Shown piece after piece: positions 62,742 to 64,000 of a DNA stretch of 64,000 nucleotides (positions are counted from its first letter, which is position 1; every line of letters begins with the position of its first letter). This stretch comes from Eledone cirrhosa. Its lineage: Eukaryota. The stretch covers positions 12,028,001 through 12,092,000 of the forward strand of contig OZ024747.1 of assembly GCA_964016885.1 (NCBI GenBank). The letters are read 5' to 3'. The notes below the pieces were generated by a model. It was not told the origin of the DNA. It worked only from the letters and a program-made list of their open reading frames with translations, and did no database searches. The translations under genes and the position numbers were made by a program.

Positions 62742-63874
62742 GCCAGCTATGGGTGAAGCATGCTGCTTTGGTTTATTTTTGTTTTTATTTTTTTTAAAAA
62801 CATTTTATTTTATAAAAAAAAACATGAGAAAAAAAAGGCTTCCACTCTATAACTGCTCATGTGAGGGTGTATATATGTAAATGTATAGGTATATATGTGC
62901 ATGTATAGGTGTATATGTGTGGATGTATAGGTATGTGTGTGGATGTATAGGTGTATGTGTGTGGATGTATAGGTGTATGTGTGTGGATGTGTATGTGTAA
63001 ATGTATAGGTATATATGTGTGTGGATGTATAGGTATATATGTGTAAATGTATAGGTATATATGTGTGGATGTATAGGTATGTGAGGATGTATAGGTATAT
63101 GTGTGGATGTATAGGTGTATGTGTGGATGTATGAATGTGTTTTACAAAGTAAACCCTTGTCCCTTTTATTTTTTAATATTTCAATTACCCCCTTTCCCTC
63201 TGGCTCTACTCTGGTGGAATTAGTGGATATTTGATGAAATGACAGGATGTTTGAGGAAATGACAGGATGTTTGATGAAATGATGACATGTTTGATGAAAT
63301 GATGACATGTTTGATGAAATGACGGCATGTTTGATGAAATGACCATGTTTGATAAAATGATATGTTTGATGAGACAACAGGATGTTTGATGAAAATAAGT
63401 AAATATGACCAGTTACCTGTGTATTTTTACATTCATCAGTTCAAATTCCTACCAGAGTTCCACTGTTTTTATCTCTCTTGTCTTAAATACCAGTAATACC
63501 CATCACAACTATACACAATAAACATGGCCTTTTTTTCTTCTAGTCAAAGAATTAATTAAAATCAAAATTATAAAGAAATGTAAAAACCCTATAAAAAGAA
63601 ATGAAGGGAATTTGATTTATAAAAGATTTTTTTCCCTTTTTTTTTTTGGTATTTTATTTTATTAAAATTTTTGTTTTGCCTTTTATTTTATTTATTATTT
63701 TTCTGTTTTGCTATTTTAATTGTTGCTGTGCTTGTTTTTGCTATAGATATTATATATATAGGCATACATATGTGTGTGTGTGTGTATAAATGTATGTGTG
63801 TGTGTGTGTGTATATGTATATATATATATTAAGAACAAAATAAGGTTTCACATTAAGGTCTTTATTGATTATAC

Positions 63875-63957
63875 ACAGTTACGACCGTTTCACAGATGGG
63901 TGGCTTAGGATCCATATTTCTGGACCCGACTCCAACCCAATCTGTTCATCGGACTTA
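63875..63957 (-). ncRNA. Degenerate hammerhead motif with long stem II
   Basis: Reverse strand reads CCGATGA-ACAGAT.GGGT...ACCCATCTGT-GAAAC-g-GTC followed by aataaag. One core mismatch and a poor stem I. Confidence 0.4.
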
Positions 63958-64000
63958 TTTATCAAGCAAAACCAAAATCTCACACACACACACACACACA

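Overview
AT-rich, microsatellite-saturated eukaryotic DNA. The SINE/RTE repertoire and a C2H2 relic point to an octopod cephalopod (inference). The window lies inside one large plus-strand, multi-exon gene whose 5' end is outside the window. I traced 16 in-frame GT-AG exons (14138-62189, about 1781 codons). The first seven encode a JAKMIP/Marlin-family region and the rest a long acidic coiled-coil with a Pro/Gln-rich tail. The introns hold RTE-clade LINE fragments, two tRNA-derived SINE families, a near-complete but defective DD37D (maT-type) Tc1/mariner element, piggyBac-like MITEs, long fold-back palindromes, minimal hammerhead-ribozyme motifs and many minisatellites. The most unusual feature is a candidate exon at 34023-35107. 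It begins with an in-frame stop, has an ATG-free leader and a new ATG ORF, and its splice donor has been amplified about 27 times in a satellite fused to a MITE end. Nearly all ORFs in the supplied track are microsatellite artefacts. All calls were made by eye, without database searches.
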